This document shows, piece after piece, positions 10,518-19,250 of a stretch of 64,000 nt of DNA. The stretch lies in contig CAZGRL010000003.1 in the NCBI GenBank assembly GCA_964528155.1, positions 37,036-101,035 of the forward strand. Direction: 5' to 3'. Both the position numbers and the translations under genes were made by a program. The stretch's first letter is position 1. Each line of letters opens with the position of its first letter. Source of the stretch: an uncultured Anaerolineaceae bacterium. Lineage in GTDB: Bacteria > Chloroflexota > Anaerolineae > Anaerolineales > E44-bin32. Under the pieces are notes generated by a model, which saw only the letters and a program-made list of their open reading frames with translations, was not told the origin of the DNA and did not search any database.

Positions 10518-10587
10518 TTTAGCTGTCAGGCTTCAGCACTCAGCTTTCGGCCCTCAGCATTCAGCTCTCAGCTTTCTGTTGTCAATT
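10518..10587. repeat. Heptanucleotide tandem array, 10 units, consensus NTCAGCT (AGCTGAN on the coding strand)
   Basis: TTTAGCT GTCAGGC TTCAGCA CTCAGCT TTCGGCC CTCAGCA TTCAGCT CTCAGCT TTCTGTT GTCAATT. Ends 3 nt from the GGAGG of gene 9525-10505. Confidence 0.8.
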
Positions 10588-10644
10588 CGAGTGTTCGGTC
10601 TCCGGTCTCTTTGGTCGCAAACTTCAAGGCAGTCCCCCAATACT

Positions 10645-10714
10645 CTTAGCTTGTTGCTTATTGCTCATTGCTGATAGCTGTCAGCTATTAGCTGTCAGCT
10701 TTCAGTTGTCAGCT
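10645..10714. repeat. Heptanucleotide tandem array, 10 units, same consensus
   Basis: CTTAGCT TGTTGCT TATTGCT CATTGCT GATAGCT GTCAGCT ATTAGCT GTCAGCT TTCAGTT GTCAGCT. The last unit overlaps the stop codon at 10713-10715. Contains the palindrome ATAGCTGTCAGCTAT (10674-10688). Confidence 0.8.
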
Positions 10715-11666
10715 ATCCCTCCATCTTCCCCAGCACGAGCGCCAGAAGCGCCATCCGCATCACGACGCCGTTGAAGGCCTCGGCCCAGTAGCGCGCATGG
10801 CGGGTGTAATCGACCTCCTCCAGCAACTCGTCCATCCTGGGCAGCGAGTGAAGGATGAGCGAGTCGGGCTTGGCTTTGCGCATCAGGGCCTTGGTGACCT
10901 GATAGTTTGCCGGCGTCATGCCCACATCGCCCTTGCGCTCATCGCGCGACTTGGTGTAGTCCGGCTGAACGACAGGCTCCATGTACAGAACGTCGGCCTC
11001 GGCGATGGCCTGATCGACGTGTTCGATCTCGCGGTAGCGCAGGTTGAGATCATCCAGTTCCTTCTTAAACTCGTCCGTCAGGGACATCTCGGGCGGAGAA
11101 ACATACCTGGCCTGGATGTCGAACTGCGACATGGCGTAGCTGATCGAATGCATCGTCCGCATGCGCATGTCGCCGATGAGCAGGAAGGTCAAACCGTCCA
11201 GGCGACCCTTCTCCTTGAGGATGGTGTACATATCCGTCAAGACCTGGGTCGGATGCTCGCCCCATCCGTCGCCGCAGTTGATCACCGGCACGCTCGACCA
11301 GCGCGCCGCCTCAGCCGGTGCCCCCTGCTGGAAGTGACGCATGGCGATGACGTCGCCGTAGTACTCCAGCATGTGCACGGTGTCCTTGATCGACTCCTGG
11401 TAGAAGTCGCCGGCCCGGGTCATTTTGGCATCCGAGAAACCCGTCACATGGCCGCCCAGCCGATGCATTGCCGCCTCGGTCGCCAGGCGCGTCCGGGTAG
11501 ATGGCTGGTAGAAAGCCGTCACCAGCGTTTTGCTGGTCAACATGTCCGTATTGCGACGGTCGCGCGCGAACGGAGCGAGCTCATCCGCCACCTGGAAAAC
11601 CCTGAAGAACTCCTCTCGTTCGAATCCTTTGAGCGACAAGATGTCACGCCCTGCGAAACTTCTCAT
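10713..11666 (-). CDS. Aspartate carbamoyltransferase-like paralogue with an altered second-substrate motif
   Basis: 317 aa. STRTR, HPTQ and HSLPR are present. The ATCase Asp-binding R-x-Q-x-E-R region reads LYMEPVVQPDY, so the Arg is missing. Confidence 0.8.
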   Translation of the reverse strand: MRSFAGRDILSLKGFEREEFFRVFQVADELAPFARDRRNTDMLTSKTLVTAFYQPSTRTRLATEAAMHRLGGHVTGFSDAKMTRAGDFYQESIKDTVHMLEYYGDVIAMRHFQQGAPAEAARWSSVPVINCGDGWGEHPTQVLTDMYTILKEKGRLDGLTFLLIGDMRMRTMHSISYAMSQFDIQARYVSPPEMSLTDEFKKELDDLNLRYREIEHVDQAIAEADVLYMEPVVQPDYTKSRDERKGDVGMTPANYQVTKALMRKAKPDSLILHSLPRMDELLEEVDYTRHARYWAEAFNGVVMRMALLALVLGKMEG

Positions 11667-11757
11667 CTTTCTCTTTCTCCTTCATGGGATATGGAGTGTG
11701 TTTCTGTTCCAGCGCCGGATGATCGCCCGGCCTGATCGCGCCGCCACGCGCGTCGGA

Positions 11758-12510
11758 TCAACTGCGACGGCCCACTCGTCGAACGACATGGAAACGAAAC
11801 GTGCCCGGCAGGAAGAAGCTGTGCGAGTGATCGATCACACCGCCGTCCTCGGCGTACAAGAAAGCCTCAAAGCGCAACAACACATCACCGCGTTGAACCT
11901 TCAGCTTACGACCCACGTCGGCCGACGCCGGCACAGCCGTGATCTCGGACCTTGAGAGTCCGAGGGCCGGTGTCCCTTGCTTCAGCAGTAGATCGAGCAC
12001 TGAGCCGCGGAAGCCTTCCTCCAGAGCACTTTCCGAGACGACACCGTCAGGGACGACGTCTACCAGGTAGGCGACGGGCCGGCTATCGGCTTCGATGACC
12101 CGGGAGACATCGAGAACGATTGCCCCCGGAGACCCTCCGAACAGCTGTTGTTCCTCCGGGTCGGATGCTCGGCGATTGATGGTCAGGTCTCCCATTTCGA
12201 CCTCGAGACCAATACGCCCGGCCAGCGTCTCGATGCTCTCCAGCACTTCGAGCCCGGCATCGATGATCGGCAGTGGCCGGGCCACAACCGTCCCCACACC
12301 CTGGCGGCGAATGATCACGCCGCGCTCCTCGAAGGCACGCATCGCCTCGCGCAGCGTGGCGCGCGAGACGCCGAGCTCACGCGATAATGCTGGCTCCGAT
12401 GGCAGGAACGTGCCCGGTGAAGTATGAGCCAGGATGTTCTCCAGGGCCTCAGCCGTGCGCTGGTACAACGGGCTACCCTTTTCAGATCGCTCCCGTCGCG
12501 TCTGCCTCAT
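11758..12510 (-). CDS. GntR-family transcriptional regulator (HutC/UTRA-type)
   Basis: 250 aa. Winged HTH LPSEPALSRELGVSRATLREAMRAFEERGVI plus a roughly 150 aa effector domain. Confidence 0.85.
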   Translation of the reverse strand: MRQTRRERSEKGSPLYQRTAEALENILAHTSPGTFLPSEPALSRELGVSRATLREAMRAFEERGVIIRRQGVGTVVARPLPIIDAGLEVLESIETLAGRIGLEVEMGDLTINRRASDPEEQQLFGGSPGAIVLDVSRVIEADSRPVAYLVDVVPDGVVSESALEEGFRGSVLDLLLKQGTPALGLSRSEITAVPASADVGRKLKVQRGDVLLRFEAFLYAEDGGVIDHSHSFFLPGTFRFHVVRRVGRRS

Positions 12511-12526
12511 GCCGAATTCCTTCTGC

Positions 12527-14329
12527 TCATCCCAGGCTTTCTTCGAGAGGCACGATCGAATGCTGTGTGACGTCCACCAGGCCCTTGTCCGAGATGCGCA
12601 ACTCCGGGATCACCACCAAAGCCAGCAGACTGAGTTGCATGTTGGCGTTGTTCAACTCGCAGCCGCAATCTCGCAGGCCCGCCAGGATGCCCTCAGCCTT
12701 GTCGGCGACGACATCCGCTCGCTCGTCCGACATCAATCCGGCGATCGGAAGCTCGAGCAGGGCCTCAACCCTCCCTTCGCGCACCACGATCTGCCCGCCA
12801 CCGACTCTGGCCAATTCATTGGCCGCCATGGCCATTGAGGCTTCGTCCGTCCCGACCACGAGCATGTGATGTGAGTCGTGCGCGACGGTCGAGCCGGCGG
12901 CACACGGAACCTTCAGGCCAAAACCCTGGACAAAGCCCAATTGGATCGTCCCATTGCCTCGGTGCCTCTCGACAAGAGCCACCTTCGCCAGATCTCGGCT
13001 TGTGTCCGCTTTGAGCTCGCCGCAGTTCGGTTTGAGATCCATCTGGATGTGCCGCGTCGGGGCCTGGTTCTCAATGATTCCGATCACATTCGCTCGTACG
13101 GCATCCGAATCGGAAGCGTGGATCACGAAGTCGGACGGCTCCAGGGGCCGCTTGAGGTGCACCGAATCCTTGACGTCCGCTGGGAACTCGAAGTCAGGCA
13201 ACTCGATTTTCAGGCGGCCGGCCTCGGCGGCGAGCACGCCGCGAGCGATGACTTGCTCCGCTCGGAGGTTCGCCAAGTCGCTCACCAGGAGAATGTCGGC
13301 CCAACGCCCGGGCGCGATCTGTCCGACCTCGTCGGCGACCCCGAAGTGCTCTGCGGTGTTCAGCGTCGCCATCTGTATGGCCGTCATCGGCGTGATCCCT
13401 TGCTTGATGGCATGCCGAACCACACGGTCCATGTGACCGTCGTGCACCAGCGTCCCCGAGTGGCTGTCGTCAGTGACCAGCATGAAATGCCGCGAATCGA
13501 GACCGAGTTTCGTGATCGCCGGGGCTTGGGCGGCCACGTCGTACCAGGCCGATCCAAGACGCAGCATCGCCTTCATACCCTGTCGGACGCGCGCCACGGC
13601 ATCCTGCACACGCGTGCCTTCGTGGTCGTCGGCAGCCCCTCCGGCGGCGTATGCGTGGAACTCGAGCCCGAGATCCGGCGATGGATAGTGCCCACCAATG
13701 ACTTTGCCGGCCGCTTCGGTCGCTGCCATTTCGGCCAGAACCTGGTCGTCGTCCTGAACCACCCCGTGGAAGTTCATCATCTCTCCCAGCCCGATCACAC
13801 CGGGCCAGGCCAGCGCTTCGGCGATTTCAGCCGGACCGAGCACCGCTCCGGGTGTCTCGAGGCCCGGGCTCGAGGGCACACACGATGGCACCTCGACCCA
13901 CACGTGGATCGGTTGGAGCACGGCCTCGTCGTGCATCAATCGCACGCCCCTCAAGCCGAAGACGTTGGCGATCTCGTGAGGGTCGATGAACATCCCAGTC
14001 GTCCCGTGGGGCAGGACAGCGCGGACGAACTCGGTCACAGTGACCATACCCGACTCGACGTGCATATGTCCGTCGAGCAGTCCCGGGACCAGATAGCGGC
14101 CGCCGGCTTCGATGACTTGTGTTCCCTCACCAATCGTGTGACTCGCGTCTTCTCCGACGTAGGCGATCCGCCCTGCGCTCACGGCGACGTCCGTGTGCTC
14201 AATGATCTCGCCCGACTGCACACACACCCAACGACCATCGCGAATGACCAGATTGGCCGATTGACGGCCCATGGCGACATCGATCAATCGGCGCCTCAAC
14301 CCCTGTCGAGATTTCACGTCCATGGTCAC
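12527..14329 (-). CDS. ade: Adenine deaminase
   Basis: 600 aa amidohydrolase. LLDGHMHVESG metal motif and the two-domain length typical of Ade. Confidence 0.85.
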   Translation of the reverse strand: MTMDVKSRQGLRRRLIDVAMGRQSANLVIRDGRWVCVQSGEIIEHTDVAVSAGRIAYVGEDASHTIGEGTQVIEAGGRYLVPGLLDGHMHVESGMVTVTEFVRAVLPHGTTGMFIDPHEIANVFGLRGVRLMHDEAVLQPIHVWVEVPSCVPSSPGLETPGAVLGPAEIAEALAWPGVIGLGEMMNFHGVVQDDDQVLAEMAATEAAGKVIGGHYPSPDLGLEFHAYAAGGAADDHEGTRVQDAVARVRQGMKAMLRLGSAWYDVAAQAPAITKLGLDSRHFMLVTDDSHSGTLVHDGHMDRVVRHAIKQGITPMTAIQMATLNTAEHFGVADEVGQIAPGRWADILLVSDLANLRAEQVIARGVLAAEAGRLKIELPDFEFPADVKDSVHLKRPLEPSDFVIHASDSDAVRANVIGIIENQAPTRHIQMDLKPNCGELKADTSRDLAKVALVERHRGNGTIQLGFVQGFGLKVPCAAGSTVAHDSHHMLVVGTDEASMAMAANELARVGGGQIVVREGRVEALLELPIAGLMSDERADVVADKAEGILAGLRDCGCELNNANMQLSLLALVVIPELRISDKGLVDVTQHSIVPLEESLG

Positions 14330-14359
14330 CTCAGCCCTTGCTTCTCCCGGGCCTTCATC

Positions 14360-15736
14360 TCAGCCGTTCACCAACCGCATCGCTGCCCTGTTGTGCGCTT
14401 CGACCAATGCATCGTGGTCAAGGCTCACCAAGCGACCCTGTCTCACGACCGCATTTCCATGCACAAAATTGAAGTCGACGTCGCCCGGGTTGCAGAAAAC
14501 GGCAGCCGCGACCGGGTCATGCCGGGCACCCGCGAAACCGATCCGATCGAGGTCGATGGCGACGAAGTCGGCGCACTTCCCCGCTTCGAGTGAGCCCAGA
14601 TCGGTCCGCCCCAGAACCGCGGCGCCACCAAGAGTAGCGATTTCAAGGACCTCGCGAGCGCTGAGAAGATCCCCGGCTCCATGGACCTCAGGTGCAACCG
14701 GGACAGCCACCCTCGACAGCAGCATTGCTTGCCGCGCCTCGGCCAGCAAATGCGAGCTGTCATTGCTGGCCGATCCATCGACTCCCAGACCGATGTCCAC
14801 GCCCGCTTTCAGATAGCGTCGCACAGGGGCAATCCCGGACGCCAGACGCATGTTCGACGAAGGGCAATGTGCGACCCCGGTCCGAGCCGCCGCCATCCGC
14901 GCGACTTCATCGGGCAGAATGTGAACGGCGTGGGCGAACCAGACATCGTCGCCGGCCCAATCCAGACTCTCGACGAAAGCGAGGGGCCGCAGACCGAATT
15001 TCTCCAGGCAGAACGATTCCTCATCCAGAGTCTCGGCCAGATGTGTGTGCAGACGCACGTTGTATGCGCGGGCAAGCGAGGCCGCCTCGCGCATCAGCTC
15101 CGGCGTGACCGAAAATGGCGAGCATGGTGCGATGACCACCTGGACCATGGCGCCCGGCTTTGGATCATGGAATGCCTCGATCACCCGGCGGCAGTCTTTC
15201 AAGATCTCATCTTCGGATTCGACGACACGGTCGGGCGGTAGGCCTCCCTGGCTCTCACCCAGGCTCATCGAGCCGCGTGAAGCATGCAGGCGCAGGCCAA
15301 CCTCACCCGCAGCCTGGATCTCGTCATCCAACCGGCAATCGTTCGGGAAGATGTAGAGATGGTCGGATGCGGTCGTACAGCCCGAGAGCGCCAGCTCGGC
15401 CAGCCCAAGCTGCGTCGAAACGCGGACGTCATCTGCCCGCATCCTGGCCCAGATCGGGTACAGGGTCTTGAGCCAACGGAACAGGTCGGCGTCTTGAGCC
15501 TGCGGAATCACCCGTGTCAGGGTCTGATAGAGGTGATGGTGAGTGTTGATCAAGCCGGGGAGGAGCAGATGGCGAGAAAGATCGAGGACTTCGTCAGCGG
15601 TCTCGGGGAGTTCGTTCGTGGGGCCGACCTGGTCAATCCAGCCATCCCGGACGAAGAGCCCGCCATCACGGATCTCCCTGCGGCCGGCGTCCATCGTGAC
15701 CAGGCATTCGGCGTGACGTACCAGGAGCGTCGACAT
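14360..15736 (-). CDS. Amidohydrolase of the guanine/8-oxoguanine deaminase/SsnA group
   Basis: Start set at the internal ATG 15736 (MSTLLVRHAECLVTMD), preceded by GGAAGG. LINTHHHLYQT HxH motif and HLAETLDE. The track ORF extends to 15784. Confidence 0.8.
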   Translation of the reverse strand: MSTLLVRHAECLVTMDAGRREIRDGGLFVRDGWIDQVGPTNELPETADEVLDLSRHLLLPGLINTHHHLYQTLTRVIPQAQDADLFRWLKTLYPIWARMRADDVRVSTQLGLAELALSGCTTASDHLYIFPNDCRLDDEIQAAGEVGLRLHASRGSMSLGESQGGLPPDRVVESEDEILKDCRRVIEAFHDPKPGAMVQVVIAPCSPFSVTPELMREAASLARAYNVRLHTHLAETLDEESFCLEKFGLRPLAFVESLDWAGDDVWFAHAVHILPDEVARMAAARTGVAHCPSSNMRLASGIAPVRRYLKAGVDIGLGVDGSASNDSSHLLAEARQAMLLSRVAVPVAPEVHGAGDLLSAREVLEIATLGGAAVLGRTDLGSLEAGKCADFVAIDLDRIGFAGARHDPVAAAVFCNPGDVDFNFVHGNAVVRQGRLVSLDHDALVEAHNRAAMRLVNG

Positions 15737-15762
15737 GCCACCTTCCAGGGGATGCTGGGCCG

Positions 15763-15791
15763 AGTGTAACACTCCGACCGGCAAGCGTCAA
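15763..15791 (-). promoter_or_regulatory. Sigma-70-like promoter for the amidohydrolase-ade-gntR operon
   Basis: Minus strand reads TTGACG, a 17-nt spacer, then TACACT. The -10 element ends about 27 nt upstream of the ATG at 15736. Confidence 0.5.
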
Positions 15792-15802
15792 TTGTCAGAC
15801 AA
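15792..15802. promoter_or_regulatory. Palindrome TTGTCAGACAA abutting the -35; candidate GntR/HutC-type operator
   Basis: Arms TTGTC/GACAA are perfect inverted repeats. The GT-N-AC core resembles HutC-subfamily operators. The half-site TGTCAG recurs in the 10645-10714 array. Confidence 0.3.
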
Positions 15803-15962
15803 CATCCAAGCGTATCCAACGGAATGTTGCTCGCCCTGGGGCAGATCTGGTGGACTTGGGTTTGTCGGGCGGATCCGCCGCCCAAAACCCGTGTCCACCT
15901 ATCTTCGCAGGAAAGTGCGACAGACTTCCGGCTGCGGCCACAACATCCCAAATAGAGACGGC

Positions 15963-16013
15963 GATCACCCGCTCGGCCTGGCAGGCAGCCGCCGAAGGGA
16001 GGAGCGGGTGATC
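15963..16013 (-). terminator. Hairpin downstream of folD (possible terminator)
   Basis: 12-bp arms GATCACCCGCTC/GAGCGGGTGATC, followed on the minus strand by TCTCTATTTGGG, a weak U tract. Confidence 0.35.
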
Positions 16014-16038
16014 AGATTGTTCGAGCCAGTAGATCGGG

Positions 16039-16917
16039 CTAGGGCCGCTTGCGTGAGGCGGCCCGCAGAGTATTCTGGAGCAGAAGGGTGATGGTCATTG
16101 GCCCCACCCCTCCCGGCGAGGGGGAAATCGCGCCGGCGACCTCCAGCGCTTCGTCAAAGTCGACGTCTCCAACCTGGCGATAGCCCTTCTTGGCGGTCGG
16201 ATCGTCGACCCGGTTCGTCCCTACATCGATAACATACGCCCCCGGCTTGATCCAGTCCCCTTTGATCATCCTCGCCCGCCCAATGGCAGCGATCAAGATA
16301 TCCGCCCCGCGACAAACGGACGGTAGATCAGCGGTTTTCGAGTGGCAGATCGTGACCGTGGCGTTTTCCTTGACCAGGAGTAGGGCCGCCGGCATCCCGA
16401 CGATGTTAGATCGCCCCACGACGACCGCATTCGCTCCTTCGAGTTTGGCCCCAGCCTTTCGCAACAGCACCAGGCATCCTGCCGGCGTGCACGGGACGAA
16501 CAAAGGCTCACGCCCCTTCTGCGCCAGGCGGCCGATATTCAGAGGATGGAAGCCATCGACGTCTTTCTCGATGCTGATCGCCTTGAGGATCGTCTCTTCG
16601 TCAAGACCAGCCGGCAGCGGAAGCTGGACGAGGATACCGTGCACCGCCGGGTCGGCGTTCAGGTCAGACACGAGTTTCTCGACCTCCGCCTGGGAGGCGT
16701 CGGCGGGCAGTTCATGCCCGAATGACTCGATCCCAACCTCGGCGCAAGCCTTCCGCTTAGCGCGTACGTACGTGTGAGATGCCGGGTTGTCGCCGACAAG
16801 AACGGTGGCCAGACCCGGGCGTGGGCCACCGTCGGCCCGGAGAGCCTCGACGCCGGCCGCGATCTCGGAGCGCAGCTCCGCCGCGATTGCTTTCCCATCA
16901 ATGATCTTCGCTGTCAT
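16039..16917 (-). CDS. folD: Bifunctional methylene-THF dehydrogenase / methenyl-THF cyclohydrolase
   Basis: Start at ATG 16917 ([12 protein letters not shown]), after GGGAGAGG. Also [16 protein letters not shown] and [12 protein letters not shown]. Confidence 0.9.
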   Translation of the reverse strand: MTAKIIDGKAIAAELRSEIAAGVEALRADGGPRPGLATVLVGDNPASHTYVRAKRKACAEVGIESFGHELPADASQAEVEKLVSDLNADPAVHGILVQLPLPAGLDEETILKAISIEKDVDGFHPLNIGRLAQKGREPLFVPCTPAGCLVLLRKAGAKLEGANAVVVGRSNIVGMPAALLLVKENATVTICHSKTADLPSVCRGADILIAAIGRARMIKGDWIKPGAYVIDVGTNRVDDPTAKKGYRQVGDVDFDEALEVAGAISPSPGGVGPMTITLLLQNTLRAASRKRP

Positions 16918-17174
16918 GTTCCTCTCCCGTGCACATGTTGGATACACGCGCCACGACAATCCAGCCACTTCGTCAGGCGGCGGATTTCGGGCTGATTCGA
17001 ATTATCGTTCGGGATGCATCACACCAACAAGGACGTAGATCCGCTGGCAGGCTGACACAAGTCCTCATTCGCCCTGAAGATAGCCCCGAAAGTTCAGTAG
17101 ACTTACTCGATCTTGATTGTGGTCCAGAAGAGCCGGCCGGTGATTGAAGCGTGTCAAAGTCGAGGCATGTATGA

Positions 17175-19250
17175 CTAGCGCGGTCGCCATACCGGATCGA
17201 AATCGTCGGCAGGGTCGGAGGTCAGTTCTTTGTAGTTTGTGCAGGAGGAAGTCAGGATGGCGATGTCGTGCCTGATCCCGGTGGGCCAGGTCTCAAAGGT
17301 CAGCCAGCGACTATCCGGGGAGAGCCGCGGCTCGGCCATCGGCTGGCCTGCCAGCCTCCCCTGGACGCAGATCCGGAACTCGGTTGTGCCCCTGTCCTCA
17401 AACCGGCTGGCGACGACGCGCGGGATACCACCGATCTGCTGTTCGTAGATCAGAACCTGTCCATCTTTAGACCAGTCAGGGTGGGTATTGTCCCGGGCAA
17501 CTGTCCGAGAGAAGCGCCGTTCCTCGCCGCCAGTGCTCGGTATCGTCCACAGTTCATAGACCGACAGTCGCCGTGAGACAAAGAGGAGTTGCGAGCCGGT
17601 CGGAGACCACACCGGCTGGCGATCATGGGCCAGATCGTCGGTGAGATTCTTCAAGCCCGAGCCATCCAGTTTCATCACGTAGATCTGCGCCGGGCCGTCT
17701 CGCAACGAAGTGAAGGCGACGCCCTCACCATCCGGCGCCCACGACGGATCGAAATCACCTCCAGGCGCGGTCGGCAAAGGAGTAAGACTCGAACCGTCGA
17801 CTTTCATTAGCCACAGACTCGAGCCTGGATACTCATCCTGGTTCTTGAGGCACGGAGAAGTGAAGATCAGCCACATGCCGTCCGGGGACCAATCGGGCTG
17901 GCACGCCCCTTCATCGGCATTCGTGAGCTGAACCAGATCCGTGCCATCGATGTTGATCAAGAAGATCTGGGGGACGCCGTCGATCCTGTCCGAGGCGAAT
18001 GCTATCTGGGCCGCGCCGCCGCCGATCGGTGTCGGAGCGCTGGTGGGGCTCCCCGGCGTTCCGGTACCTTCGATGACCGGGGGCTCTGAAGTGCCGTTTT
18101 CGACCGAGGTAGGCTCGTCGGTCGGGAAGAAGACGATGCCGCCTGGGGTCGCCGACTCTGTTGGGCTGGGCGTCTCGCTTGAGGCTGCAAGGCTCGTCGA
18201 GGTAGGCAGGCTCGGCCCTCCTCCGAACACAGACGCCCATCCCTCTGCCAGCTTCGGTCCGCCGAAGGCGAGCCCGGCCACAACGATCACAACCCCGATC
18301 GCCCCCAGGGCGAACCTGAACCTGCGCCGGCGGGAGGCTTCAGGGATGCGGGAGCCAGGCTCGAGGGGCGTAGTCACGCGTCTGGGGGAGACCCGGGTGG
18401 GCTCCATCGCCGGGTAGCCCCTGACCACAGTCGGCCGGCTCGCCCCGGACGCGGAGCTCAGGGCCATGGCGAATTCGTTGATCGACTGGTAGCGCTCGTC
18501 AGGGACGACCGCCAGTGCCTTCTCAACCGCCCGAGACACCGAGCCGGAAACCCGCGGGTTCCTTTTGCGCAAAGGAGTCAGTTCCTCCCGGCCCATGGCG
18601 CGCTCCAGAGCGTCTTCGGGGATTGCTGCCGCCAACGCGGCGTAGATCGTCGCCCCCAGGCCGTAGACATCCGTCCGGGCATCGGTCCTCCCGGTCCCAT
18701 ATTGCTCAGGCGGGGAGAACCCCGGGGTCATCGCCTTGGCGCCGGTTGTCGTGTTCCCGCGATCGTCGACCACCTTGGCCAATCCGAAGTCCACCAGGAT
18801 CGCTCGGCTGTCCTGGGTGATCTTGATGTTCCCCGGCTTGATGTCGCGATGAAGGATGGGAGGCGTTCGAGAGTGAAGATAGGAGAGGGCGTCACAGATC
18901 TCGAGGAACCACCCCATTGACTCGGCTTCCGTCACCGGACCTGCGCGCTCAAGCCGTTGACGCAGGTCCTCTCCGCCGATGTAGTCCATAACAAGGTACT
19001 GCCCCTCGCCTTCAATGACAAAATGGTCTGTAACTCGGGGCAGATTGGGATGTCGCAGGCTGGCGAGGATGGTCGCCTCTCGACGGAACTGACGGGCGTA
19101 CTCCTCCGTCGTAAATAAATTCTCCTTTACAGCAACGGCCACGCCCAGGTTGATATCGTAACCTCGGTACACGGCGCCCATGCCGCCCTGACCGAGGACG
19201 TCTTTAATTCGATACCGATGGCGGAGGACTGCACCAGGCTGAAGAGGCAT
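17175..19250 (-). CDS. Ser/Thr protein kinase with TM segment and C-terminal TolB-like (PD40) beta-propeller
   Basis: 691 aa. GQGGMGAVY, HRDIKPGN, DFGLAK. Central TM segment, Pro/Ser/Thr-rich linker, and repeated DWSPDG / SWAPDG / VWSPTG propeller blades. Confidence 0.9.
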   Translation of the reverse strand: MPLQPGAVLRHRYRIKDVLGQGGMGAVYRGYDINLGVAVAVKENLFTTEEYARQFRREATILASLRHPNLPRVTDHFVIEGEGQYLVMDYIGGEDLRQRLERAGPVTEAESMGWFLEICDALSYLHSRTPPILHRDIKPGNIKITQDSRAILVDFGLAKVVDDRGNTTTGAKAMTPGFSPPEQYGTGRTDARTDVYGLGATIYAALAAAIPEDALERAMGREELTPLRKRNPRVSGSVSRAVEKALAVVPDERYQSINEFAMALSSASGASRPTVVRGYPAMEPTRVSPRRVTTPLEPGSRIPEASRRRRFRFALGAIGVVIVVAGLAFGGPKLAEGWASVFGGGPSLPTSTSLAASSETPSPTESATPGGIVFFPTDEPTSVENGTSEPPVIEGTGTPGSPTSAPTPIGGGAAQIAFASDRIDGVPQIFLINIDGTDLVQLTNADEGACQPDWSPDGMWLIFTSPCLKNQDEYPGSSLWLMKVDGSSLTPLPTAPGGDFDPSWAPDGEGVAFTSLRDGPAQIYVMKLDGSGLKNLTDDLAHDRQPVWSPTGSQLLFVSRRLSVYELWTIPSTGGEERRFSRTVARDNTHPDWSKDGQVLIYEQQIGGIPRVVASRFEDRGTTEFRICVQGRLAGQPMAEPRLSPDSRWLTFETWPTGIRHDIAILTSSCTNYKELTSDPADDFDPVWRPR

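Noticed and set aside
10518-10714. Possible CRISPR array, because of the regular short repeats
   Set aside because: The units are 7 nt and contiguous, with no spacers, and no cas genes are nearby. They are classified as heptamer tandem arrays instead.
12878-14593. 571-aa plus-strand ORF, the longest non-annotated ORF in the track
   Set aside because: It lies fully antisense to adenine deaminase and the amidohydrolase. Its composition is Arg/Gly/His/Pro-rich and low in complexity, with no recognisable motifs. Long stop-free antisense frames are expected in GC-rich DNA.
16918-17174. Possible ZTP (pfl) or THF riboswitch upstream of folD
   Set aside because: I reverse-complemented the leader and looked for the ACUGGCG / CCGCCUGGGC ZTP signatures and THF features. 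Only a partial CCGCCUGAC resemblance was found, with no matching 5' subdomain.
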